Assembly: GCA_963772365.1 (NCBI GenBank)
Contig: CAVYXA010000001.1
Coordinates: 1,088,001 to 1,152,000 of the forward strand
Direction of reading: 5' to 3'
Length of the DNA stretch: 64,000 bases
Source: an uncultured Verrucomicrobiae bacterium
Lineage (GTDB): Bacteria; Verrucomicrobiota; Verrucomicrobiia; Chthoniobacterales; UBA10450
Below, one piece after another: positions 9,480 through 18,936 of this stretch (position 1 is the stretch's first letter; every line of letters starts with the position of its first letter). Under the pieces are notes generated by a model. It did no database searches and was not told the DNA's origin. It saw only the letters and a program-made list of their open reading frames with translations. Made by a program: the position numbers and the translations under genes.

Positions 9480-10313
9480 GTGAAAAGACCATTCGCGATC
9501 GGTCTCCTGATTTCAGTTTGTCTGATAACGTGCAATTGCTCCCGGCACGAACAACGCGACAGCGCAGCGCCCTTCAAAATCATCGCCACAGATTCGGGAT
9601 TTGAGGCGCCCGAAGCTGTTCCGATCGGCTTGCGGCACATTATTTTTGAAAATCACGGTTCGGAAATCCACGAGGCGATGCTCGTGAAGTTGCCCCGTAA
9701 AATGAATGCAAATGATTACTGGGCGGCAGTAAAAGCCGGCTCGCTTTTTCCACAAGGGGCGCTGGATTATTCCGGTGCGGGGTTAATGTCACCCGGCGCG
9801 ACCGCCGAGATGTGGTTGAGACTGGACCCGGGCGATTACGTTCTTATCTGCTGGAACGATGGCCATGCCGAGAGAACGCCGGTGCGCGCATTTTCGGTCC
9901 GATATCCGGTGGTTGAAGATACCCCACCTCGGGAAGATGTCGTTCTACGACTCTACGATTATCGCTTCGAAATTCAGGGGAAACTGCACAAGGGAACGCA
10001 GACGATCCGAGTAGAAACGCCCGGTCCTGCCATGCACGAGGCCGATATCTACCGATTGCATCCGGGGAAGAGCGCGGCTGACCTGAAACAATGGCGCAAA
10101 GCAGACGGCCATGGCGCTGCCCCGGCTGATGCGCTCGGCGGCGCTCTCGATAACCACGATATCAGCAGAGTGGTGTGGTTGCGGAAAAATTTCACCCCGG
10201 GCCGCTATGTTTTTTACTGCGAGATGCCGGTCACGGCAAATTCTCAAACGCCCAACGGTGGAATCACCCATGACGATCTTGGTATGGTGCAGGAATTCGA
10301 GATCGAGCCGTGA
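9480..10313 (+). CDS. Putative exported protein/lipoprotein with two cupredoxin-like repeats
   Basis: Signal-like N-terminus with Cys; repeats N.G..IHE...GDYVLIC....H and PG..MHE...GRYVFYC....H..LGM. Confidence 0.65.
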   Translation: MKRPFAIGLLISVCLITCNCSRHEQRDSAAPFKIIATDSGFEAPEAVPIGLRHIIFENHGSEIHEAMLVKLPRKMNANDYWAAVKAGSLFPQGALDYSGAGLMSPGATAEMWLRLDPGDYVLICWNDGHAERTPVRAFSVRYPVVEDTPPREDVVLRLYDYRFEIQGKLHKGTQTIRVETPGPAMHEADIYRLHPGKSAADLKQWRKADGHGAAPADALGGALDNHDISRVVWLRKNFTPGRYVFYCEMPVTANSQTPNGGITHDDLGMVQEFEIEP

Positions 10314-10375
10314 CCTTCGCGACTACCCATGTTCTATAACAAGAAGCTGACGATCTCCCTGTAATCCAGCCGAAC

Positions 10376-10400
10376 GGGAAACTGTCAGTTTCCCCTACAG
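10376..10400 (-). repeat. GTAG-type REP-like palindrome (CTGTAGGGGAAACTGACAGTTTCCC); second copy at 59750-59775
   Basis: GGGAAAC/GTTTCCC hairpin preceded by GTAG on the minus strand; near-identical copy 49 kb away. Confidence 0.65.
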
Positions 10401-10408
10401 ACTACATC

Positions 10409-13400
10409 TTAGCTTCGCCGCTCGGATTTTGTGCTGACCAGCCAGCGCGCAAGCTTTTCTTCAAGCTCGCTGGTAAGATCGACAGAAAATTGGGTTCCGG
10501 CATCTAGACAGAATGGATCGCCTTCCGTTCGATCGAAGAGCAATCGAACCGGATGTTTGCCCGGTGAAGCAGCCAGGATCTGCCGCACTTCGTGCAAATC
10601 CTCTTTCGTCGCTTGGTGAGAAAACTTTAATACGACCGCGTTTTCATCAGCAGAAGCCTGGTTCGATTTGCTATTCCCGTTCGTATTAACCAGAACCTTC
10701 ACTTTTTGCGCGGTCGCCCGGAGCGAATCGCCTCTCGCATCGATCGTTCCCTGAATAGCAATGACGCGTCCGGTCGCCAATGTATCTGCCACCGGCACAT
10801 AATTCTCATTCCAGATCACAACTTCGAGCGTACCGGTAAGGTCCTCGATCCAAACGACCGCGAACGGTTTGCCTTCGCGTCGCGTAAACTTGCGATCGAT
10901 CTGAATCAACGCGCCGATCACCTTGAACGTGGAGCGATCATCCAGATCGGCCAGCGAACCGATGGTTTGGTAATTTTTCGTCGCGATAAGATCGACATAA
11001 GCGTCCAGCGGATGACCGCTCACATAAAACCCGAGCAATTCCTTTTCGTAGGAAAGCTTCTCATGCTCGCCCCACGGCTTTACTGTTCGCCGACGCGTTG
11101 TGTGCGGCTGAACATCATCGGCGAAAAGGGAAACCTGACCGGCGGCGCGATCGCGATGGGCGGCGGCGGAAGCAGCGAGACATTCATCGATGCAATCGTA
11201 AAGCTCGGCCCGATCGCGTCCGACAAAATCGAAAGCACCGGCTTTGATCAGGCTCTCGAGCATCTTGCGATTGGCCACGCGCGTCCCTAGTCGGCTGCAA
11301 AAATCGTCCAGCGATTTGAATGGCCCATTTTGATCTCGTTCCCGGATCGACAATTGCATCGCCGATTCGCCCACGTTCTTGATCGCGGCGAGGCCATAGC
11401 GGATTGCGTTTTGCTGTAGCGGCGCTCTATGAGCGTCGTCTTCCTGAGTTCGGCGGTCATAGACCGCCGCTACAGCGGGCACAAACTTTAATCCGCTCCG
11501 GTTAATGTCTGGCGGCAAAATCGACATCCCCATCCGTTTACATTCGCCGACGAAAACCGAAATCTTGTCGGTGTTATTGATTTCGTTGCTGAGCAGCCCG
11601 GCCATGAACTCGACCGGGTAATGCGCCTTGAGATAGGCCGTTTGATAACTGATCACGCCGTATGCGGCGCTGTGACTCTTGTTGAATCCATAACCAGCGA
11701 ATTTTTCGAGCAAATCGAAAATGGCATTTGCTTTTTTCTCCGAGATCTTGTTGGTACGGGCGCAGCCTTCAATAAAATTGCTGCGCTCCTTGGCCATCTT
11801 TTCCTTATCCTTTTTGCCCATTGCGCGCCGAAGGAGATCACCTTGCGCGAGCGAATAACCGGCCAACTTGCTGGCCGCGGCCATAACCTGTTCCTGATAA
11901 ATCATGACGCCGTAGGTGTCGGCGCAGATTTCTTCTAAGAGCGGATGTTCGTAGCGGATCTTTGTGAGGCCTTTTTTGCGCTTGATGTAATCGCCGATGA
12001 GATCCATCGGCCCGGGGCGATAGAGCGCGATCAAGGCGATGATGTCGTCGATCTTCCGGACATCGAACTGTTTGGCCACGCTAGTCATTCCGCCGGATTC
12101 CATCTGGAAGAGGCCGATGGTCTCGCCGCGATTGTAAAGCGCGAATGCGGCTTCATCGTTCATCGGAATATTTTTGAGTGAAAAATCCGGCTCACGCTTT
12201 TGTATCAGCTTCACCGTGTCCTCGATCACCGTCAGCGTTTTGAGCCCGAGGAAATCCATCTTGAGCAGCCCGAGATCGTTCAATGGTCCCATCGGATACT
12301 GGCTGATCACGTCGTTGCCTTTCACGTCGCGACAGAGCGGGATGTATTCGGACAAATCGCGGTCTGCGATCACAACACCGGCTGCATGCACGCCGGCGTT
12401 GCGCGACAAGCCTTCCAGAATTTTGCCGTATTCGAAAACGCGCCGCGTATCTTCCTCGGTCGCGATGGCGCGCTTGAGCTCGGCATTCTTTTCAGCGGCC
12501 GATTCGAGAGTGATGTTCAACTCGTTCGGAATCATCTTTGCTATTCGGTCGGCTGCCGCGTATGGCAGACCGATCACGCGGCCGACATCGCGCACCACGC
12601 TTTTCGCTTTCAGTTTTCCAAACGTAATGATCTGCGCGACCCGGCGTTCGCCATATTTTTTTCGAACGTATTCGAGAACTTCGCCGCGACGCGATTCACA
12701 AAAATCGACATCGATATCGGGCGGCGAAATACGATCGGGATTGAGAAAACGTTCGAAGATCAATCCGTACTGCAACGGATCGATATCGGTAATCCCGAGC
12801 ACGTAAGCGACGAGGGAACCAGCTGCTGATCCCCGCCCGGGTCCGACCGGAATCCCGCGTTCCTTTGCGAAATGGATGAAATCCCAGACGATAAGGATGT
12901 AACTGACGAATCCGGTTGCTTCGAGAACATCCAGCTCATAATCGAGACGTTGCCGGAGTTGATTGCGTGTCGCGCCGGTGCCCGGCGAAGGCGGATCGAT
13001 ATTCGCCCGCTCGCCGTAACGTTCTCCCAGACCTTTCGCACAAAGTTCTCGCAAATATGCTCTGCGAGTCGTCCCTTCCGGCGCCGGATACTCCGGATAT
13101 TTCGATTTACCGAGCTCAATTTCGAGATTGCATCGTTCCGCGATGGCGAGCGTGTTGGCGATTGCTTCCGGGAAATCCTTGAAGATTTCGCACATCTCGG
13201 CCGGCGATTTAAAATACAACTCGGGCAAATAGCGCATCCGTTGTTCGTCCTGAACCATTTTGCCGGTGCCGATGCAGAGCATCACATCGTGAGCATCATG
13301 ATCGGCGCGCCGGAGAAAATGGACGTCGTTCGCCGCGACCAAGCCAACGCCGAGATCTTTGGCGATCTTCGGCAACACGGCGTTACACCATTTTTGTTCT

Positions 13401-13948
13401 TCCATTCCGTGATCGTGCATCTCGATGAACAAATTTTCCGGACCGAGAATGTCCCGATAATCCGCAGCAGCCTGCTTTGCGATGTCGATCTTGTTGGATT
13501 GAAGGGCAGAATTGACCTCGCTGGCCAGACAACCACTCAACCCGATCAGTCCGGCCGAATGTTGAGCGAGTAATTCTTTGTCGATCCTCGGCCGGTAATG
13601 AAATCCGTCGAGATGTGCGGTCGAAATTAGCTTGATGAGGTTGTGATAACCGGTGTCATCCTGGGCAAGAAGGGTGAAATGATACGCCGCTTCTCGCATC
13701 GAATTTGGCCGTTCTCGGTGAGACCCGGGCGCGATGTAGGCTTCGCAACCGATGATCGGCTTGATCCCGGCCCGTTTCGCTTCCTGATAAAATTCAATCG
13801 CGCCAAAGAGATTGCCGTGATCGGTCATCGCGACCGCCGGCATCTTGAATTCCTTCGCTTTTTTCATCAACTCTCGCATCCGAATCGCGCCGTCGAGCAG
13901 CGAGTATTCGGTGTGAAGATGAAGATGAACGAAAGAATCGCGCGGCAT
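10409..13948 (-). CDS. dnaE: DNA polymerase III alpha subunit
   Basis: HLHLHTEYSLLDG PHP domain, GPGRGSAAGS, PDIDVDF, KMDFLGL, YGFNKSH. Confidence 0.98.
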   Translation of the reverse strand: MPRDSFVHLHLHTEYSLLDGAIRMRELMKKAKEFKMPAVAMTDHGNLFGAIEFYQEAKRAGIKPIIGCEAYIAPGSHRERPNSMREAAYHFTLLAQDDTGYHNLIKLISTAHLDGFHYRPRIDKELLAQHSAGLIGLSGCLASEVNSALQSNKIDIAKQAAADYRDILGPENLFIEMHDHGMEEQKWCNAVLPKIAKDLGVGLVAANDVHFLRRADHDAHDVMLCIGTGKMVQDEQRMRYLPELYFKSPAEMCEIFKDFPEAIANTLAIAERCNLEIELGKSKYPEYPAPEGTTRRAYLRELCAKGLGERYGERANIDPPSPGTGATRNQLRQRLDYELDVLEATGFVSYILIVWDFIHFAKERGIPVGPGRGSAAGSLVAYVLGITDIDPLQYGLIFERFLNPDRISPPDIDVDFCESRRGEVLEYVRKKYGERRVAQIITFGKLKAKSVVRDVGRVIGLPYAAADRIAKMIPNELNITLESAAEKNAELKRAIATEEDTRRVFEYGKILEGLSRNAGVHAAGVVIADRDLSEYIPLCRDVKGNDVISQYPMGPLNDLGLLKMDFLGLKTLTVIEDTVKLIQKREPDFSLKNIPMNDEAAFALYNRGETIGLFQMESGGMTSVAKQFDVRKIDDIIALIALYRPGPMDLIGDYIKRKKGLTKIRYEHPLLEEICADTYGVMIYQEQVMAAASKLAGYSLAQGDLLRRAMGKKDKEKMAKERSNFIEGCARTNKISEKKANAIFDLLEKFAGYGFNKSHSAAYGVISYQTAYLKAHYPVEFMAGLLSNEINNTDKISVFVGECKRMGMSILPPDINRSGLKFVPAVAAVYDRRTQEDDAHRAPLQQNAIRYGLAAIKNVGESAMQLSIRERDQNGPFKSLDDFCSRLGTRVANRKMLESLIKAGAFDFVGRDRAELYDCIDECLAASAAAHRDRAAGQVSLFADDVQPHTTRRRTVKPWGEHEKLSYEKELLGFYVSGHPLDAYVDLIATKNYQTIGSLADLDDRSTFKVIGALIQIDRKFTRREGKPFAVVWIEDLTGTLEVVIWNENYVPVADTLATGRVIAIQGTIDARGDSLRATAQKVKVLVNTNGNSKSNQASADENAVVLKFSHQATKEDLHEVRQILAASPGKHPVRLLFDRTEGDPFCLDAGTQFSVDLTSELEEKLARWLVSTKSERRS
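11413..11476. repeat. REP doublet (REPIN-like) inserted in frame in dnaE
   Basis: GCTGTAGCGGCGCTCTATGAGCGTCG-12 nt-CGGCGGTCATAGACCGCCGCTACAGC inverted pair. Confidence 0.85.
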
Positions 13949-13987
13949 CGTTTTCAGTATAAGCGTTCGAAGAAAATCGCAACCTCG

Positions 13988-14698
13988 CTACTTCGCCGCC
14001 ATGTAAATCGTGGCAATCCCACCCGTGAGTTGCTCGGCTCTGGCGTTTGCAAAACCGCTCGATTCCATTAAACCAAGCATCTTTTCTCCGCTGGGAAAAT
14101 CTTCGATCGAATCGCCCAGATAATCGTAGGCGCTCTTTTTCCGGGTCAGCAATGAACCGAATAATGGAAGACAATGATGCAGGTAAAATCGATAAACCGA
14201 GCGCAGGATCGACATCGTTGGCAGTGAAAATTCCAAAACAAGGACGTGACCGCCCGGTCGAATCACTCTGGAGATTTCCCGGAGCGCTCCGCCCCAATCT
14301 TCCATGTTGCGCAGACCGAACGCGACGGTCACGCAATCGAAAGCCGTATCCGGAAACGGAAGCTTCATCGCGTCGGCCAGGACTGTGTGACGAACTCCTT
14401 TCCGTTTTGCCAGCTCGATCATCTCCGGCAAGAAATCTGCGCCGATGATTTCCGCGTCCGGAATTTTCCTTTGCAACGCCAGCGCGAGATCGCCGGTGCC
14501 GGTGGCAAGATCGACAATCTTCTTCGGCTGCCATCCCGCAACGATCTCCGCGGCCCGTTTGCGCCAGTGGAAATCGATCCCGCAACTCAGCAGATGATTG
14601 GCCAGATCGTAGCGCGAGGCGATCGATCCAAACATTTGCCGGACGCGTTCCGGCGCCTGATATGATGTGCGTTGTTCGATGTCGCATTTTTGAATCAC
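13988..14698 (-). CDS. ubiE: Ubiquinone/menaquinone biosynthesis C-methyltransferase
   Basis: MFGSIA.RYDLANHLLS, DLATGTGD, AFGLRN, LEFS and AYDYL.DSI motifs. Confidence 0.93.
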   Translation of the reverse strand: MIQKCDIEQRTSYQAPERVRQMFGSIASRYDLANHLLSCGIDFHWRKRAAEIVAGWQPKKIVDLATGTGDLALALQRKIPDAEIIGADFLPEMIELAKRKGVRHTVLADAMKLPFPDTAFDCVTVAFGLRNMEDWGGALREISRVIRPGGHVLVLEFSLPTMSILRSVYRFYLHHCLPLFGSLLTRKKSAYDYLGDSIEDFPSGEKMLGLMESSGFANARAEQLTGGIATIYMAAK

Positions 14699-14846
14699 GA
14701 AATCAGAATCGACAACTCAAATCATTGCTGAGCATACGAAAATGGCGGAACAGATTCGTTAGCTTAAATCATTTGCGTAAAAACCTGGCCGGCAATCGCA
14801 AAAACCTGATTGCCATGTCTGATAACCACCGCTATGTCACCAGCCT

Positions 14847-15170
14847 ATGGACATATCTGTTAAAGACCTGGAACAAGCTGTCGCGATTCGACGGCAGATC
14901 GATTCTTTGGAACAACGTCTCTCATCTATCCTTGGAAATCGGAGCATCGGAATAGCGCCAGTAAGGTCGCGCAGCGGCCGGCGCTCTGTCTCGCCTGCTA
15001 CTCGTGCCAAACTCGCCGCGGCAGCGAAAGCGCGGTGGGCCAGAATGAAAAGTGGAAGAAATTCCCGAGGCGCGCCAAAGCGCAGAGGCGGAATCACTCC
15101 CGCCGGAAGACGCAGACTTTCCCAGCTGATGAAAGCTCGTTGGGCTAAAAGGCGAGCCGGAAAAAGCTAA
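14847..15170 (+). CDS. Small basic protein: coiled coil plus two (S/T)PAxRxxLxxxxKARWA repeats; putative nucleoid-associated/DNA-binding protein
   Basis: Arg/Lys-rich sequence with the internal repeat visible in the translation. Confidence 0.7.
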   Translation: MDISVKDLEQAVAIRRQIDSLEQRLSSILGNRSIGIAPVRSRSGRRSVSPATRAKLAAAAKARWARMKSGRNSRGAPKRRGGITPAGRRRLSQLMKARWAKRRAGKS

Positions 15171-15228
15171 CTCAGTCCAGCGTTTCCATAGCCGATCAAC
15201 AAATCGCCGCATCGATCGCAGAACGGTT

Positions 15229-16170
15229 CTAACCGGCGGCAGACCGCCCGTCTTCCGCTACAATCATTTCTTTTCGAGTACCGATCGTTACTGGTGTCCC
15301 TTTGCGAACGAGCGCCTCGAGCCGTCTGATGTCCTTTTTCTGAATGGCAATTCCTTGAGGTGGCCGGTCTGAAACAGGTTCCGATGTCGATGCCAGGGGG
15401 CGCTCATGATCATTATCAGAGTTCCCGGAAGTGGCAGTAGTTTCTTCGGTGTCGACTCCGTATAAAGCATATCCATGGTAACCCAGGTAAATCAGCGGAG
15501 TCCCTTCTTTTTCCAGCAAGGATGTTCTGCGCAAGAACCTGCCATTTTTCCAAAATAGTTTGGACCCGACTTTTGTGTGAATTGTCCCATGCCGCGAGGA
15601 CGGTAAATCGACTGAGACAATCGGATACTGGCTAAAGAAACCAAGTTGATCCCGCACGACTACCCGCCGCCGCGGAAGATCGACAGTAATTCTAAAATCA
15701 AGTCGTGGAACCAGAAGTGTCTGCTCCGGCCGGATCAGAGTTGAATCGAGATTGTTTACTCGAATAATCGCCTCGGCGCTGGAATCGAATTTTCGCGCAA
15801 TCGAGGCAAGCGCGTCGCCTCTCTCAATGGTGTACTCAGCCTTGCGCGGAGAAGGTTCTTTCGAGAAAAAGATGCGGCCATTGACTTCGCCCAGCAGTTC
15901 CCGCAGCTGCCGGGTGACAGGTGATTTGGGCGCGGTGGTGAGCGCGCCTATCAAAATCGCACGCGCTTCCGCCAATTTGCCGTCATCAACAAGCGCTTGC
16001 GCCCGTTTTAACTTTTTCACGTTGGGGTGAACATAAGTCACCCGTGGAATCGATTGGTATTTTGCCAATCCCTCCGGGCGAAAAATAATCCGCGCCACAT
16101 ATGCTGCCCCGCCAAAAATCGCGGCAGCGAGCAGAATCACAATTCCCGTTTGCCATACCGACATTCTCAT
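15229..16170 (-). CDS. Membrane-anchored LysM protein with degenerate YkuD-like C-terminal domain
   Basis: LysM YTIERGDALASIARKF....I...NNL...LIRP.Q.L.VP; C-terminal L..LVRKGTPVTI. Confidence 0.75.
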   Translation of the reverse strand: MRMSVWQTGIVILLAAAIFGGAAYVARIIFRPEGLAKYQSIPRVTYVHPNVKKLKRAQALVDDGKLAEARAILIGALTTAPKSPVTRQLRELLGEVNGRIFFSKEPSPRKAEYTIERGDALASIARKFDSSAEAIIRVNNLDSTLIRPEQTLLVPRLDFRITVDLPRRRVVVRDQLGFFSQYPIVSVDLPSSRHGTIHTKVGSKLFWKNGRFLRRTSLLEKEGTPLIYLGYHGYALYGVDTEETTATSGNSDNDHERPLASTSEPVSDRPPQGIAIQKKDIRRLEALVRKGTPVTIGTRKEMIVAEDGRSAAG

Positions 16171-16281
16171 TAACTCACCCCAAATGTAACGACACCGCGC
16201 CGGAGCGCGTGGTTCATTCCCAGGTTTCTACAGTCGTCCCACGTCATCGCTCTGTCGAACGCTCGATTCACAACCGGCAAC

Positions 16282-17130
16282 TCACAGTGTGGGCAGAGCC
16301 TGTTTCGATTTCGGCGGTGGAAATTCGTTGTCGATCTCGGCCAAGTCTTCCTTTGTTAGTTCAATATCGATCGATCGGGCATTATCGCGCACATGATTCT
16401 GATCGGCAGATTTCGGGATCGCGATTACTTCTGGCTGCCGCAAAGTCCAGGCTAGCGCGACCTGCGCAGCAGTCGCGTCGTGCCGGTTTGCGATTTTCTT
16501 CAGTATTTCATTCTCCAGCAAACCACGTCCATGCCCGACCGGGGCATAGGCCATGATCGGAATCTGGTTTGTCCGACACCACGGAGCGAGTTCGAATTCG
16601 ACTTCGCGATTTTCGAGATTGTAAAGGACCTGATTCGTGGCGCAGTTGGAACCGTTCTTCACATCGAACAGTTCTTTCATATCGTCGACATCGAAGTTCG
16701 AAACGCCCCACCGTTTGATCTTTCCTTCAGCGCGAACTTTCTCGAATACTTTCACCGTTTCCGCGAGAGGCACATCGCCGCGCCAATGCAACAAATAGAG
16801 ATCGATGACATCGATCTTGAGCCGCTTGAGACTTCGGTCGCAAGCTTTGGGCAGCTCGGCGCGCGATGAGTTATGCGGATAAACTTTTGTGACGACGAAG
16901 ACGTTTTCGCGTTGGCCTTTGATCGCATCGGCTACAACTTCCTCCGCGCCGCCTTCGCCGTACATCTCAGCGGTGTCGATCAGAGTCATGCCAAGTTCGA
17001 TTCCCAATCGCAGCGCGGCCACTTCCTGATCATACTCGCTCTTGTTTTCTCCCATCCGCCATGTTCCCTGACCGAGCGCTGAAACTTGCGTGCAATCCGG
17101 TAAGCTCACTGTTTTCCTCCTCGTGCTCAT
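16282..17130 (-). CDS. Aldo/keto reductase
   Basis: LGQGTW, IDTAEMYG, DLYLLHW, GVSNF, NQVLYNL and IPKS motifs. Confidence 0.95.
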   Translation of the reverse strand: MSTRRKTVSLPDCTQVSALGQGTWRMGENKSEYDQEVAALRLGIELGMTLIDTAEMYGEGGAEEVVADAIKGQRENVFVVTKVYPHNSSRAELPKACDRSLKRLKIDVIDLYLLHWRGDVPLAETVKVFEKVRAEGKIKRWGVSNFDVDDMKELFDVKNGSNCATNQVLYNLENREVEFELAPWCRTNQIPIMAYAPVGHGRGLLENEILKKIANRHDATAAQVALAWTLRQPEVIAIPKSADQNHVRDNARSIDIELTKEDLAEIDNEFPPPKSKQALPTL

Positions 17131-17277
17131 ACTCGTAATCGTAATCGAAATTGCGCAACATCTCAGCCGGAACGCATCGCGCAGCTCGTGGACGAAAACT
17201 AAGCCGTGTGCGATAAAAATGCGCTGAAATTGAAAGATCGATTACGAGCATGAGCACACAGTACAAATTACGATGTC

Positions 17278-18831
17278 GTGATTCTCGGCGCGGGACATAA
17301 CGGGCTCGTAGCAGCGAGTTATCTGGGGCGAGCCGGCCTGAGCGTGCTTGTGCTGGAAAAGAACGATTACATCGGTGGAGCAACGACTTCGCAGAAAGTC
17401 TTTCCCGACTACGATGCCCAGCTATCTCGATATTCGTATCTAGTCAGCCTCTTCCCGGGAAAAATTATTCGCGATCTGGGGCTGAACCTGAAATTGCGAA
17501 GCCGGGCGACTGCGTCGTTCACACCATACGTTCGGGATGGCCAACAGGGCGGCTTACTTCTGAGCAATGTCGATGAAGAACAAAGCCGGAAATCGATTGT
17601 CGATCTTACCGGCAGCGAGGCCGAGTTCGAGCAGATGAGGAAGTTTTACAATCTTTCGCGCCTGTTCGCCGAGCATTCGTGGGACAGCATGCTCGAGCCG
17701 CTGGTCGCAAAAAAGGAATTCAAGAAACGGTTCGATGCCGATCCGGTCGCTTGCGAAGCCTGGCGGAGTCTCGCAGAGGAACCGCTTGGACTCGCGATTG
17801 AGCGCTATTTGAAAGACGATCTTGTGCGCGGGCTCGTTTTCACCGATGCCAAGATCGGTATCTTCACTCATCCGCACGATCCATCTTTGGTCCAGAACCG
17901 CTGTTTTCTCTATCATTTGATCGGCCACAAGACCGGCGAATGGAAAGTGCCGGTGGGCGGGATGGGCGCAGTCGCGTGCGAGCTGGAGCAGGCGGCACGA
18001 CAAGCAGGCGCCGAGTTTCTAACCAATGTGGAGATTCGCCGGGTCGACTTGGATGGCAAAAGCAAGACCGTGGAATTCGAGAATGACGGAAAACTGCACA
18101 GTGCAGGCGCCAGATTTATTCTCGTAAGCTTTGGTCGAAATGTTCTGGCGAAGCTTACCGGCAAACTTTTCCAGCCGGACCGAACCGATGAAGGTTCGGT
18201 ATTCAAGATCAATATGCTCCTAAACCGATTACCGAAGTTGAAGGCGAAAAAATATTCCGAGAGCGAGGCGTGGTCCGGCACGTTTCACAGCGATGAAGGC
18301 TACGAACAAATGAAAAGAAGCTACGAGCAGGCGTCGCAGGGAAAACTGCCGGAACGAACTCCCTGCGAAATCTATTGCCACACTCTGACCGACGACAGCA
18401 TCCTGTCTCCCGAACTGCGCAAGAGAGGTTTTCAGACGGTCACGCTTTTTGGGCTAGACACGCCTTACTCGCTATTCACACGAGATAACAACGACATGCG
18501 CGCTCAAGCAGAGACAAAATTCCTGGCCAGCATTAATCAATGGCTGGAAGAACCGCTGGAGAATTGCCTCGCTGTTTCGCGCGACGGGTCGCCATGCATT
18601 GAGAGCAAGACTCCGCTCGACATCGAGAACGCGCTCGGAATGTATCATGGCAATATTTTCCAGGATGCGCCGACGTGGCCGTTTGCAACGTCGAAAGAAC
18701 AGGCCGGCACGTGGGGCGTCGAGACCGAGTTCGAAAATGTGTTTCTGTGCGGCTCAAGCGCGCAACGCGGCGGAGCAGTCAGTGGAATTCCGGGGCATAA
18801 TGCTGCGCGAGCTGTGCTCGCGCATGTATGA
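17278..18831 (+). CDS. Phytoene-dehydrogenase-like FAD/NAD(P) oxidoreductase; true start possibly ATG 17250 with a 1-nt frameshift
   Basis: GAGHNGL, LEK....GGA, GGMGAV and GGAVSGIPGHNAA motifs. Confidence 0.9.
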   Translation: MILGAGHNGLVAASYLGRAGLSVLVLEKNDYIGGATTSQKVFPDYDAQLSRYSYLVSLFPGKIIRDLGLNLKLRSRATASFTPYVRDGQQGGLLLSNVDEEQSRKSIVDLTGSEAEFEQMRKFYNLSRLFAEHSWDSMLEPLVAKKEFKKRFDADPVACEAWRSLAEEPLGLAIERYLKDDLVRGLVFTDAKIGIFTHPHDPSLVQNRCFLYHLIGHKTGEWKVPVGGMGAVACELEQAARQAGAEFLTNVEIRRVDLDGKSKTVEFENDGKLHSAGARFILVSFGRNVLAKLTGKLFQPDRTDEGSVFKINMLLNRLPKLKAKKYSESEAWSGTFHSDEGYEQMKRSYEQASQGKLPERTPCEIYCHTLTDDSILSPELRKRGFQTVTLFGLDTPYSLFTRDNNDMRAQAETKFLASINQWLEEPLENCLAVSRDGSPCIESKTPLDIENALGMYHGNIFQDAPTWPFATSKEQAGTWGVETEFENVFLCGSSAQRGGAVSGIPGHNAARAVLAHV

Positions 18832-18855
18832 TGTTCGATGTTTGATATAATTAAG

Positions 18856-18934
18856 ACTCGGCAGGCGGAGCGTCTGGCCTACAAATTCTCCCCTGGGGAC
18901 ATGGGCGTTGTAGGGCAAGCGCTCCGCTTGCCCG
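18856..18934. repeat. REP doublet (GTAGGGCAAGCGCTCCGCTTGCC family) on the left flank of the RAYT
   Basis: CGGCAGGCGGAGCGTCTGGCCTACAA...TTGTAGGGCAAGCGCTCCGCTTGCCCG. Confidence 0.85.
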
Positions 18935-18936
18935 AA

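Noticed and set aside
10409..13948. Intein in DnaE
   Set aside because: Length is near normal; the insertions are only 10-22 aa and lack intein terminal motifs
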